A DNA stretch of 64,000 bases from NCBI GenBank assembly GCA_964019335.1, contig OZ025660.1, forward strand, positions 248,001 to 312,000, given 5' to 3'. The translations under genes and the position numbers were made by a program. Positions within the stretch are counted from its first letter, which is position 1. Each line of letters starts with the position of its first letter. The notes beneath the pieces are model-generated. The model worked only from the letters and a program-made list of their open reading frames with translations, did no database searches and was not told where the DNA came from. Source of the DNA: Diplonema japonicum. Taxonomy: Eukaryota; Protista; Euglenozoa: Diplonemea. Below are positions 12,908-22,397 of the stretch, piece after piece.

Positions 12908-13853
12908 TCCCCCTTTTTTTTTTCCTTTTTCTTTTTCTCTTTTTTTTTGTGTGTCTGTAGGGGGGCTGAAATGAAAGTTTGAAAAAAAAAAAAAAAATTG
13001 GGAGGTGAAAAAGGGGGAGGGGGGAAAAGATAGGCCCCCACCACTGTTCGCAACACGCGCTTCTTTTTTTTTCTTCTTCTTTTTTTTTTTTTTACTCCTT
13101 CCTCCCCCTTTCATCTCATCTTTTCTTTTCTTCTAAAAAAAAAGGGGGGGTAATTACTAAGCGGATAACAGAGAAAAATGAACTATAATTAATCATACAT
13201 ATAGGGGGGGGAATAAAAAAAAAACCTCCTAATTTTTATATCTCCTTTTCTTTTTTTTTTCGTCTTGAAAGATTTCTGGTGTCTGATTAAACTTGAATTT
13301 CTTCGCCCGATTTTACGGGATCCCAAAAGGAAAAAAAAAAAAGGGGAGGTTAAACAAAGTATGTACGATTTAATCAAGAATAAAAAAAAATGTAGTAAGG
13401 GATATAAAAAAAAGGGGGAGAAAGAACAGGCGGACGCGAAGAGTAAAAAAAAAAAAAGAAATGAAAAGCGTACTTCCTGGAGGGCAACAAAAATGCACAG
13501 ATTCCCTCCTGAATAAAAAAAAAAAAAAAGGCCGCAGCACACATCACTATGTAGCATCGACCCAGCCCCGCTACTATTTGCGAAGAATTGTCGTAAAAAA
13601 AAAAAAGAAATAAAGGCATGCGGCTTTCTTTCTTGTCTATTGTCCTTTGAACGTGTACATGCTGGAAGGGGCTACTCGAAGAAAAAAAAGGGGGGGGGAA
13701 AGGGGAAAAAAAAGAAGAAAAAAAAACCATACGGAAAGAACACAGAGAATTACGAAACAAAAATGACAAAGAAAAAAAAGTTCCGCCCCCCCCCCCCCCA
13801 AGCTGAGCGAACAGAAAAAAAAAGAAAAATTGAAAAAAAAAGTTTTTTTTTTC

Positions 13854-14355
13854 TTATTTCTTCATGACGACAACAATGATCACAATTGTGGCAACTGTAA
13901 GAAATAATGAGGGGGGGGGGGGGGGGATCTTCATACCAAGCAGGAGCAAAAAAACTATCCCGCAGCACATTCTCTTTCTTGCAGATTTTGCGTTGCTGTT
14001 CGCCTGCTGCAGTTGGTAGATCCCTTCGCTTGTCTTGTGTTGGGCATCACCCATGACGTTGTCCGCCTCACGGAGCTTATCACCATCCTGTGCAACAAGG
14101 TCTGCCAGGGTCTGCTGACACTCTGCAATCTCTCGGATACCCACTTCGACATCCTCCACCTCCCTTCTCTTCTCCCTCGCGATAGCCTTAAAAAGGAAAG
14201 ATGGGAAAACAAAACAAAACAAAACAAAAAAAAGCGCACACCTCTTCTGTCTCCGCTCCTGCTGTATCATACCTTCTCACCTGCACCGCGTTTGACCCCA
14301 ACAAAGACTGGTCAGTGTTGGAGTACATGTCATCGTTCTTGTACCCACCGTACAT
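13854..14355 (-). CDS. Syntaxin-like (Qa-type) SNARE lacking Habc domain, copy 1 (2 introns)
   Basis: MYGGY start; SNARE heptads VEDVEVGIREIAECQQTLADLVAQDGDKL...; C-terminal TM; introns 14187-14241 and 13895-13936. Confidence 0.75.
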
Positions 14356-14511
14356 ATTTCTTCTTTTTTTTTTCCCCCCTTTTCTTTTTATACATTTTGA
14401 AAATTGCACGTTGCAGAAAATTACGGGAAAGAGAAAATTCAAGATTCATAAGAAGCGTGACGTCTGAGTGGGGAGGGGGAGAAAAAAAAAAGGGGAAGAG
14501 ATGAGGGGGAA

Positions 14512-14913
14512 CTAAAAGAAGAAAATCTTCTTGGTAACCCCCAAGGCCACGAAGACGATAACCCCAATACAGAGGCACACCAAGGCTGTGTAGCACATCC
14601 TTTTCTTTCGCTTTAACGTGTGTGCCTTCGACAACTGGTGTGCGCCTTTTTCTATGTTTTCGTGAGTCTTTTCAATGCTCTTAGCAGTCTCTTCCAGATT
14701 CAAACCGTCTTGCCGGACGAGTTGCGCGATGCTGTCTTGGCACTCCGCTAGCTCCCTCACCCCCGCTTCCACCGATTCTACTGCGATACGTTGCTCCCTG
14801 GCCATCACCTCTTTCAAACTAGCACCCTCAGTGCTGTACGTCACCTTGTGGCTGGGCCGCAATGGGGACTCAACCCCTACTCCTTCATCCACCTCGTGGT
14901 ACCCTCCATACAT
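14512..14913 (-). CDS. Syntaxin-like SNARE lacking Habc domain, copy 2 (intronless paralogue)
   Basis: MYGGY start; VESVEAGVRELAECQDSIAQLVRQDG; KRMC + TM; clearly alignable to copy 1. Confidence 0.75.
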   Translation of the reverse strand: MYGGYHEVDEGVGVESPLRPSHKVTYSTEGASLKEVMAREQRIAVESVEAGVRELAECQDSIAQLVRQDGLNLEETAKSIEKTHENIEKGAHQLSKAHTLKRKKRMCYTALVCLCIGVIVFVALGVTKKIFFF

Positions 14914-14999
14914 CTGATAGAGATATATGGTGCTTTTAGGGGGGAAGGGAAAAAGAGGGCTAATGAGAGATGTATGTTTTCTTTCTTTCTTCTTGTGTA

Positions 15000-16016
15000 T
15001 CACGTGCCCCTAGCGATGCTGCCGGCGATTTCACCGGCCAGCAGCTGCTCGTAAGCTTCGTGGTGTTTACAGATGTCCAGCTTCATAAGAAGCGTGGTGA
15101 CATCTGGGATGCTGTTCAGAATACTTGAAAGGAACCTTGTTACCAAACGCTTCTCGTTGCCATCTGAGGAGGTGATGCCTTGCGAGATGAGAGGCGCGAG
15201 GAGGTCGCAATCCGCAAGGAAGGTGTACATCTTCCCGGTGTCTTGTGTCAGGAGGTACGCTACGGCTGCCAAGCGCACTGGCCTGTCGCGGTCTTGTAGC
15301 TTGAGGTAGACAAGGCGGTTTGAGAACGTTCGGTGTGTAAAGAGCACAGAGCATGCGTCCTTGCGCACATGGGGGTTTGGGTCCAGCAGAGCCAGCTCCT
15401 CAAGGCTCTTTGCAGTCTCTTCCTTCACACTTTCTGTCAGCGCCGCCCAGTTGTCACCGACACACTTCACACCATTCTTGCGCATTTCTACACAATTGTC
15501 GAACATGACCCCCGCACGGTCCACTACGCACTCCCGCACTATCTCGTCTGTCTTCTCATGGAACACCTCCAGGAGCGCCCGCAAGGCTGCCATGCGCCGC
15601 CCGTTCGACACAGGCTCGCGTATACATGTTTTGAGATACGTGTAGCAGCATGTTTTCTTCTTCACCCACTCTGGCAGATGGCGGAACATTAACACAACGG
15701 GGTGCATCTTCCTGCCGCCTGCTTGCAGGTACTGCATGAAGCACGATATGAAGATCCTGTCCACCTCCTCCCACGAGGACTCTGCGAGCATCGCCAACGT
15801 CTGCGCTGTTGGTTTGTAAATAGCAGTCGATCCAAAGGGTGCTTTTTGGGTGTAAAACAGCATCTCCTCGAAAATCTCCTCTGTGCTGGTTCCTTCCTCC
15901 TCGTCACCATCGGCCATTAAGTTGTCCCTCAATGGTAGCTCCACCCCCTCACCTGTCATCGCCTTTAGCACGCTTGCTACCTCCGCCGCCTGCTGTTTAG
16001 CACTGACCAACGTCAT
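15000..16016 (-). CDS. HEAT/ARM-repeat protein
   Basis: 338-aa ORF with HEAT-like DPNPHVRKDACSVL and LQDRDRPVRLAAVAYL. Confidence 0.6.
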   Translation of the reverse strand: MTLVSAKQQAAEVASVLKAMTGEGVELPLRDNLMADGDEEEGTSTEEIFEEMLFYTQKAPFGSTAIYKPTAQTLAMLAESSWEEVDRIFISCFMQYLQAGGRKMHPVVLMFRHLPEWVKKKTCCYTYLKTCIREPVSNGRRMAALRALLEVFHEKTDEIVRECVVDRAGVMFDNCVEMRKNGVKCVGDNWAALTESVKEETAKSLEELALLDPNPHVRKDACSVLFTHRTFSNRLVYLKLQDRDRPVRLAAVAYLLTQDTGKMYTFLADCDLLAPLISQGITSSDGNEKRLVTRFLSSILNSIPDVTTLLMKLDICKHHEAYEQLLAGEIAGSIARGT

Positions 16017-16166
16017 GTTGCCTGCAAAAGAGATTGCTTTAAGAATGGCTCAGAAAACTGTATGGAGTTAGCCCATTCCCCTGTATAACACTATTAGTAT
16101 ATTAGGTAACCCCAGCTCTCAAGCGACGCCAGCCATGCATTGGCCAGAACGTCGCGGAAACGTTAT

Positions 16167-18125
16167 TTAGCAATCTGCGATGCCCAGCTCAGCGCAGTAA
16201 GCCTCGTTGCTTGGAGCCCTTCCAAGGAAGTCCTGCAGCATAGCAGGAGCCGATCTTGTGGCGCAGGGTGCAAGGATGGTGCGCCTCAGCTTCCTGCCTG
16301 TCTCCTTGTCGAACAGGCCTCGCTTCTTGAACTCCGTGAACAGATCCTGCGCGTAAACCTCAGCCCACCCGTAGCCGTAGTACCCAGCGTCGTAGCCGAT
16401 GACAGGGTGGTACCATGAGGCAGAGGGATTCGTTCCTGCTTGGAGCTCCACCCCAATGAGCTCCTTCATAGTGTCCGCGTAAATCTTCTGTGCATCGGCA
16501 AGCCCTGAGGCATGCATCCTTAAATCGGCCACAGACATAGCGTAGTACCTGGAGTACCTCTCGACGATGGCAAGCAAGTGTCGTGTGGCCTTTAGCTTCT
16601 TCACCACCTCAAGGTCGATCTTCTTACCGTCCACTTCACCGCTCACCCTCTCCACCACTTCAGGTTCCATCATCCACTGTTCAAACATTGTGGACGGTAC
16701 CTCCAAGAAGTCCTGCTCTACGCCGCCCGGCCACGGCACCATGGGCCACGCCCACGATAGGATCGAGTACCTTGTCTCCGTGCACAAGCAATGCATCACG
16801 TGGCCGAGCTCGTGGAACATGGTATTCACTTCCGTGACGCGCAGCAGTGCACCCTCATCACCCTCTGGTTTGCTAATGTTACCCATGTAGCAGCATGCAG
16901 GTACGCACCCTTCAAACGTCGGTGCCAGAGGCAAGATCATCTGGTGCCCGAACTTGCCCTCCCTCGGGAACAAGTCCAGGTACAACCTTCCCTGCAGCTT
17001 CCCGCTCTCCTCATCAGTCAACGTGTAGACGAGAACATCGTCGCACCACCTGGGAAGGGTCGTGTCTTCGGCGATGATGAGCCCCAGCAGGTCGGCATAG
17101 ATCCCGAGGATCCTGTTCAGCGTTTGCTTCAGAGGGAAATACTTCTTCAGAGCTTCTGTGTCAATGCCCTCCTCCTTTCTGATCTTCTCCGCCAAGTACG
17201 GCACGTCCCACGTCTCGACATCTTTGCCTCCGTTGTGCTTCTTGAGAACGGCACGCTCTTCCTCTAGCTTGACCTTCATCCTGTTGAGCATGTCGTAACA
17301 AAAGCTGGAAGCGGTGTGCAAATTGCCTGCTGTCTTAGTTCGGAGAATATACTCAGCGTGGTTGGGGAATCCGGCAGCCTTAGCGGCCTTGTTGCGGTTT
17401 AAGAGGATCTTGTCGAGGAGGGGGCCGTTGACAAGCTTGCAAGCAGAGCTAGCAGCGAGCTGCATTGTGCGGCGCGTCTCGCTGCTGTGGGCTTGCTGCA
17501 TGATGGGAAGGCGTACGGGTGCCTTGATCGAGGCAATGAACGTGAGTTCCTCTGTCTTTGGCAGGGCATCGATGAAGCTCTGTGGTAGGCCGTCGAGCTC
17601 CTCCTCAGTGTAGGCAACGGTGGTGACGTCTTCGTTGATGTTCATCTCGAACTTCGAGGCGTCTGCGGAAACCTCCATAAATGGCTCCAAGAAGGCCTCT
17701 CGTGACTTGTCGTCAAGGTGTGCACCGGAGTGGTTGAACCTCTGTGTGACGACCTCGATCAGCCTGCGGCCTTCGTCGTCGCCCGCTTCGCCCTTCATGT
17801 CCTGCAGTACCTTGTAAAGGACAGGGCACGAGTATGCCTCCGTCCACATCGCTGCAAGCTGCTTCTTTGCATCCGCAGAAGCTGACCTGCTCTCCTTGCA
17901 CGCCGATGTCAGCGATGGAAGCACACAGGTGATGCTCCTGAATGACGCCTCCCCATCTGCCGCTGCGAGCGCTTCGTAAGTCTCCTTGAAGCACCCATTC
18001 TTCACCTTCCTGATGCTGTCCAGACGTGACGCATAGTCGGCTTTAATGCTCTTCAGCTCGTTGCAGATCTCATCGGCAGTCGCTGCAAGGTTCCTCTTCG
18101 TGAAGTCGAAGATGTGCTTCTTCAT
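16167..18125 (-). CDS. M3 family metallo-oligopeptidase (thimet oligopeptidase/neurolysin-like)
   Basis: LYLDLFPREGKFGH, FHELGHVMH (HExxH), DFLEVPS, GYDAGYYGYGWAEV, FLGRAPS. Confidence 0.93.
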   Translation of the reverse strand: MKKHIFDFTKRNLAATADEICNELKSIKADYASRLDSIRKVKNGCFKETYEALAAADGEASFRSITCVLPSLTSACKESRSASADAKKQLAAMWTEAYSCPVLYKVLQDMKGEAGDDEGRRLIEVVTQRFNHSGAHLDDKSREAFLEPFMEVSADASKFEMNINEDVTTVAYTEEELDGLPQSFIDALPKTEELTFIASIKAPVRLPIMQQAHSSETRRTMQLAASSACKLVNGPLLDKILLNRNKAAKAAGFPNHAEYILRTKTAGNLHTASSFCYDMLNRMKVKLEEERAVLKKHNGGKDVETWDVPYLAEKIRKEEGIDTEALKKYFPLKQTLNRILGIYADLLGLIIAEDTTLPRWCDDVLVYTLTDEESGKLQGRLYLDLFPREGKFGHQMILPLAPTFEGCVPACCYMGNISKPEGDEGALLRVTEVNTMFHELGHVMHCLCTETRYSILSWAWPMVPWPGGVEQDFLEVPSTMFEQWMMEPEVVERVSGEVDGKKIDLEVVKKLKATRHLLAIVERYSRYYAMSVADLRMHASGLADAQKIYADTMKELIGVELQAGTNPSASWYHPVIGYDAGYYGYGWAEVYAQDLFTEFKKRGLFDKETGRKLRRTILAPCATRSAPAMLQDFLGRAPSNEAYCAELGIADC

Positions 18126-18246
18126 TTCTCTGTGTGAATCACACGACGGGGGAAGAAAGCAGCCTACACTATAAAAAGAAAACCGAAAACATTAATTCTT
18201 AATCTAACTAAAGAGGGGGGAATAGGGGTACTCCTTCATATTCCTT

Positions 18247-19761
18247 TCACAAGTCAGGGTTCTGTCGCTTCCAGTCCCTCGCGACGAGGAGAGGGTGGAT
18301 GAGCGCGGACCAGGTTTGGAAGACATCCATCTCGAAGAGGGACTGGCGCACCATGGCGAGAGTGGCGTGCTGTGTGGGGTGTATTGTGCGCCTGCTGCAT
18401 ACCTCATCTATAAACATGTCGTCGAAGGTGCCGACAAGCTCTGCGACATCTTCACCTTCGAAGGTGGACGCAAAGAAGGCCTGCATGTCAGCTCTGCTGA
18501 GCACCGTTTTGTTGGGTGTCATGAGCTGCACGATAAACTCGCAGATGGACTCCTTCACACCGAACATAGCAATATTCAGGACCTCTGCCACTCTAGAGAA
18601 CCTTATGACACGGTTGACCCTCTTGCTTGTGGGTGTCATGTTGTACGAGGTGCGCAAGGGGTCTGAGAGCAGCCACCACAACCCTTCCTGGAACGCACGC
18701 GACTCGAGGAACACTTGTAACGACGCAATGTAGTCGTCGTCTGCGTTGTCTTCAGGTGTCAAGTCCGCAGCGGGCAGCAGCAGCTTCAGGAACACAGGGA
18801 GGCGCTCTAATGACAGGAACACCTCCACGCCAGATGCGATGTCTTCTTCGCCCGTCTCACTCGCCTCGACAAAGAGTGACCACAGCTGCTCCACCTGGCC
18901 TTCTGTGAAATGTGTCACCGACGCCGCCCTGCGTCGAAGGCCGTCATAAAAGCGTCCCAACATGTTATCAAACACATCTTCGTCGTTCATGACAGCCTCT
19001 TGAGACACCTTCAACAGCCGTCCCACTGCCGACGGTGTCTGCACCATGTAGACCAGCGTCCCTCTGCATGGAAACAGAAATGGTACGTTGGGCGTCCCGA
19101 ATCTGTCGTTGTGCAGCATGAACCCCAAAGCTGGGGGGAGGACGTGTTCACCGGGTGCTTTAGACCGTTGTGCTTGCCTGAAGGTCCGCGGGTCCCACGC
19201 ATACCCTCCAAGGCTGAGGTCCAAGAAGCTCTGAAGACGGTCGCCTTCTGTGTTGTGGTCGATAAGAGTGATTACCATTTCCTCTTCACAATAAGGTGCG
19301 AGGGTGGCACCAGGGAAAATGGTATTTGAGGTTGTCCATTTGACGCGTATCTTTTTCGCTTGTATCTTGTGCACCATCATCTTACCAAGCAGGCCTTCAG
19401 GGGTTTTGAAGTGCAGCAGCGCATCAAGGTCGTCATTGTCTGCGTCTGGCCAGATGTCAGCAGGCTTGTTCGAGAGGGGTGCGCTGAAGCACTCTGCGAT
19501 GTCCATGGCGTCGAATTCGCTCTGCCGCTCCCATCTATAGTTGCTAGGCTTCTCGTCCTTCCATTTCTCCCGCAGGTTGGCTATGTCAGCAACCTTCACC
19601 GCAGCGGCCTCTGCTTCCTTTTTCTTGTCGCTTGACGAGGGCGGCAGCATCGTCTCTACTATGTCGAACTCATCGGAGTCATCGAAGTCATTCCCCTTAG
19701 CGCATATGTCTTCCAGCGGGATAGACGAATCGCTGCTGTCACAGTTCATCTTTACCTGCAC
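18247..19761 (-). CDS. Hypothetical protein, possible degenerate EF-hand-like C-terminal half
   Basis: 504-aa ORF with coding-like composition; FTEGQVEQLWSLF and VLSRADMQAFF resemble EF-hand flanking helices. Confidence 0.6.
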   Translation of the reverse strand: MQVKMNCDSSDSSIPLEDICAKGNDFDDSDEFDIVETMLPPSSSDKKKEAEAAAVKVADIANLREKWKDEKPSNYRWERQSEFDAMDIAECFSAPLSNKPADIWPDADNDDLDALLHFKTPEGLLGKMMVHKIQAKKIRVKWTTSNTIFPGATLAPYCEEEMVITLIDHNTEGDRLQSFLDLSLGGYAWDPRTFRQAQRSKAPGEHVLPPALGFMLHNDRFGTPNVPFLFPCRGTLVYMVQTPSAVGRLLKVSQEAVMNDEDVFDNMLGRFYDGLRRRAASVTHFTEGQVEQLWSLFVEASETGEEDIASGVEVFLSLERLPVFLKLLLPAADLTPEDNADDDYIASLQVFLESRAFQEGLWWLLSDPLRTSYNMTPTSKRVNRVIRFSRVAEVLNIAMFGVKESICEFIVQLMTPNKTVLSRADMQAFFASTFEGEDVAELVGTFDDMFIDEVCSRRTIHPTQHATLAMVRQSLFEMDVFQTWSALIHPLLVARDWKRQNPDL

Positions 19762-19875
19762 CCCTTGAAAGGAAGCTTATTTTTGGTTTTCCCCTTCAAA
19801 GAAGACATTTAAACAAAAAGAAAAACTGATGCGGTGCTCCTTGCGGTTTTCTTTTTTATTTTTTCTTCTTTTTTT

Positions 19876-21048
19876 TTAAAACCCAGGCGGCGGGTAGAGA
19901 TCCTTCCTGCACATCCCAACCGCCCTGTGGTACCCACCCATCTGCTCTTTGTCCATCATGAGCGAGTACCGATATTCAAGATTGGGCGGAAGCGGGCCAT
20001 TCTGTGCAACTCGTTGCTGGTATAACTCATCAAACCCCATGTTAGACAGGAAGGTTGCTTGGGGCGCAGCAGAAGTAAGGGAGAGGGTGGGACAAGCAAG
20101 CGCAAGGTGGTCGCGGAGGGAAGAGAAATCAACGTGCCAGGAAATATCAATTTGCCCCGGATTGAGAAGGGGGGAACACGTGACTTGTTTAGACATCCCC
20201 TGAAGGGTGTTGACACTGGGTAGGTCCTTCCCATAGTCGATGCCCAGCATCGCACCTCCAGTCTCTTCAATACGCTTACCGATTTGAACAACCGCGTCGA
20301 TGGCTGCTGGGCAGACCTCCAACCGTTCCGCGTGTAACTCGTCTTTTCGCCCAGCAACTAGGTAGTGAACCAAATCTGTTTCATGATCGCCGGTTTCTAG
20401 AAAGAATGTTGGGGTACCGTTGCTGTCTTTTGAGGATTTCACGAAGTCCTCCTTCCAGACCCCATTGTGCTTTGTGATGATGTGGACAGGTAGGACATCG
20501 AAGTATTCGTTTGATGTTACATAAGTAGGTGCAGATGGGAGGGATGCGAATGTTTCCTCAAAGCTGGACCCCCAGCTCAGCGATGCGAGGTCGGGTGCGA
20601 AAGGTTTCAATTGTTGTTGTTGCTGTGTTATCATGATGGGCGATACCTCAAGCATTCTAAGATGGACCCTTTTGAGGAATTCCGTGCCGATTTCATATTT
20701 TATGTACATTAAGAGGTGTAACATCAACCGGCCTGTGCCGGGGCCGAGCTCTACTAGACAGAACTCTTCGGTGTCATTGCTTGTTGCTTGCACGCATTGT
20801 TCAAGCCATCGTGCCACGCACCAGCCGAACTCAGGGAGAAGCTCCGGAGCTGTAATGAAGTCTGCATCACCACCAATTACTTTTTCCCTTGTTGTGAAAT
20901 ATCCGAATTCTTGATGGCACATTGCTTCTTTCATATACAGCGCGAAAGGTATTGGGCCTTCCTTTTCGATTTGTTTGTGGAGGAGCTCTCCTAAGGGCGT
21001 CGGTACTTTTTTTACTGCATTTAGAAGCCGACGGGAGGAACGGATCAT
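19876..21048 (-). CDS. NDUFAF7: Mitochondrial SAM-dependent protein arginine methyltransferase (complex I assembly factor NDUFAF7/MidA)
   Basis: MIRSSRRLL presequence; GPIPFALYM, GYF, DFITAPE, LVELGPGTGRL, NEYFDVLP, IDYG, PGQIDISWHVDF. Confidence 0.9.
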   Translation of the reverse strand: MIRSSRRLLNAVKKVPTPLGELLHKQIEKEGPIPFALYMKEAMCHQEFGYFTTREKVIGGDADFITAPELLPEFGWCVARWLEQCVQATSNDTEEFCLVELGPGTGRLMLHLLMYIKYEIGTEFLKRVHLRMLEVSPIMITQQQQQLKPFAPDLASLSWGSSFEETFASLPSAPTYVTSNEYFDVLPVHIITKHNGVWKEDFVKSSKDSNGTPTFFLETGDHETDLVHYLVAGRKDELHAERLEVCPAAIDAVVQIGKRIEETGGAMLGIDYGKDLPSVNTLQGMSKQVTCSPLLNPGQIDISWHVDFSSLRDHLALACPTLSLTSAAPQATFLSNMGFDELYQQRVAQNGPLPPNLEYRYSLMMDKEQMGGYHRAVGMCRKDLYPPPGF

Positions 21049-21603
21049 TTTCGTTTCTTTTTTTTTTTTTTGTTGCCCCACCCCGTCTGAAAAGAATGTG
21101 GATGGAGGAAAAAAAAAGGGGGGGGAGGGGGGTAAAAAAAATAATATAAAAAAAATAAAACAAGAGTAGAACAGATGAAAAAGATTTTTTTTTGGAAATG
21201 TGAAATAAGTAGATAAAAAAGAAATGGAGACGAAGAAAAGATTAGTGGGGGGTGGTAGAAGAAAGGGGGGGAAAAAAAGGCGATGTTTAAAGGGAAAATC
21301 CAAAAAACTGTTTCAGGGAATTTAAAAAAAAAAAAAGCAGGAATTTCTTGCAAGAACTTAAATAAAGAAAGAACCGTCTAGGAATTTCAAAAAAAATCCA
21401 GACTCTAACCAAGAAACCAAAAAAAAGGTATTACAAAAAAAAATGTGTATAATTAATTCCCTGCTCAGTTTTAAATTTTCCTTTTTTTTTTGATACAGCA
21501 AATAAGAAAAAAAGGAGTTGAGGGGAGGAGAGAAGGGGGGGGGAAAGAAAAAGATCCTTTAGTTTCAATGTTCATTTCGTTCACGAAAAAAAAAAAAAGA
21601 AAA

Positions 21604-21848
21604 TAGTATTGGGGCGTTAAGCGTGCAACGAAGCACGAACTAACTACTTGATTACAGGGGGCGCTCCTCGGCCGAGCAGTACCTTCTTCTGCGTTCCGCG
21701 TCGTGTCCTTAATGCGTGCGGTGTGCAACTCAACCCAGCCTGTTCGTTACCCTGAGCATCTGCAATACGTTCTTCCACTCGGGCGCTATCGGTGATGACC
21801 GACGAAGAGGTCAGTTAACAGCGAACAACACATTTCCATGTATTTCCA
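21604..21848 (-). mobile_element. Degenerate short non-autonomous retroposon, same family as 44552-44901
   Basis: 21644-21833 aligns closely to 44605-44839 with a ~47-nt internal deletion; terminal hairpin CGTGC/GCACG followed (sense) by CTTAA and a T-run. Confidence 0.8.
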
Positions 21849-22243
21849 CTACAAAAAAAAAAAGGGAATAGTAATAAAGGAGAGAGGCGGAGGGAGTATC
21901 ACGGAGGAAGAACTAAAATTGAAACGGTAAAGGGTGGGGTCTGTCGGGGTCTGTCTATTGTGTGGTTTGTTCCCTTTTCTTTTTTTCTTTTTTTTTTCTT
22001 TCCCTTTTCCATCTTTCTTTGCTTGGCGACCAGTCTATGAATCCTTTTTCTTTCAAAAAATCTTCTTCATCTCTGGGCCGTTTTTTTTTCTCTCTCTTTT
22101 TTTTCTTTTTTTTTCTCCCTCCCATTCCCCTCTTTTCTAAGTAGTACCCAAAGCCATGGTCAGCGCTTCGATTGAAAGAAAGAAAGAAAGAAAAAAAAAA
22201 AAAAAAAAGGGAAGCGAAAAAAAAAAAAAAAAAAAAAAAGAAA

Positions 22244-22283
22244 AATTCACTATGATAGGAACGTAGTGGTTAACAACGGCCCA
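22244..22283. repeat. Dispersed repeat family A (AATTCACTATGATAGGAACG..GTGGTTA.CAACGGCCCA)
   Basis: Near-identical 40-mers at 22244, 29963 and 55216; degenerate copy at ~47596. Confidence 0.85.
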
Positions 22284-22351
22284 ACTTTTTTTTTTCTTTT
22301 TTCGATCAGATTGGGGGAGGGAGGGGAACAGGAAAATAAACTCATGTCGAG

Positions 22352-22397
<46 letters not shown>

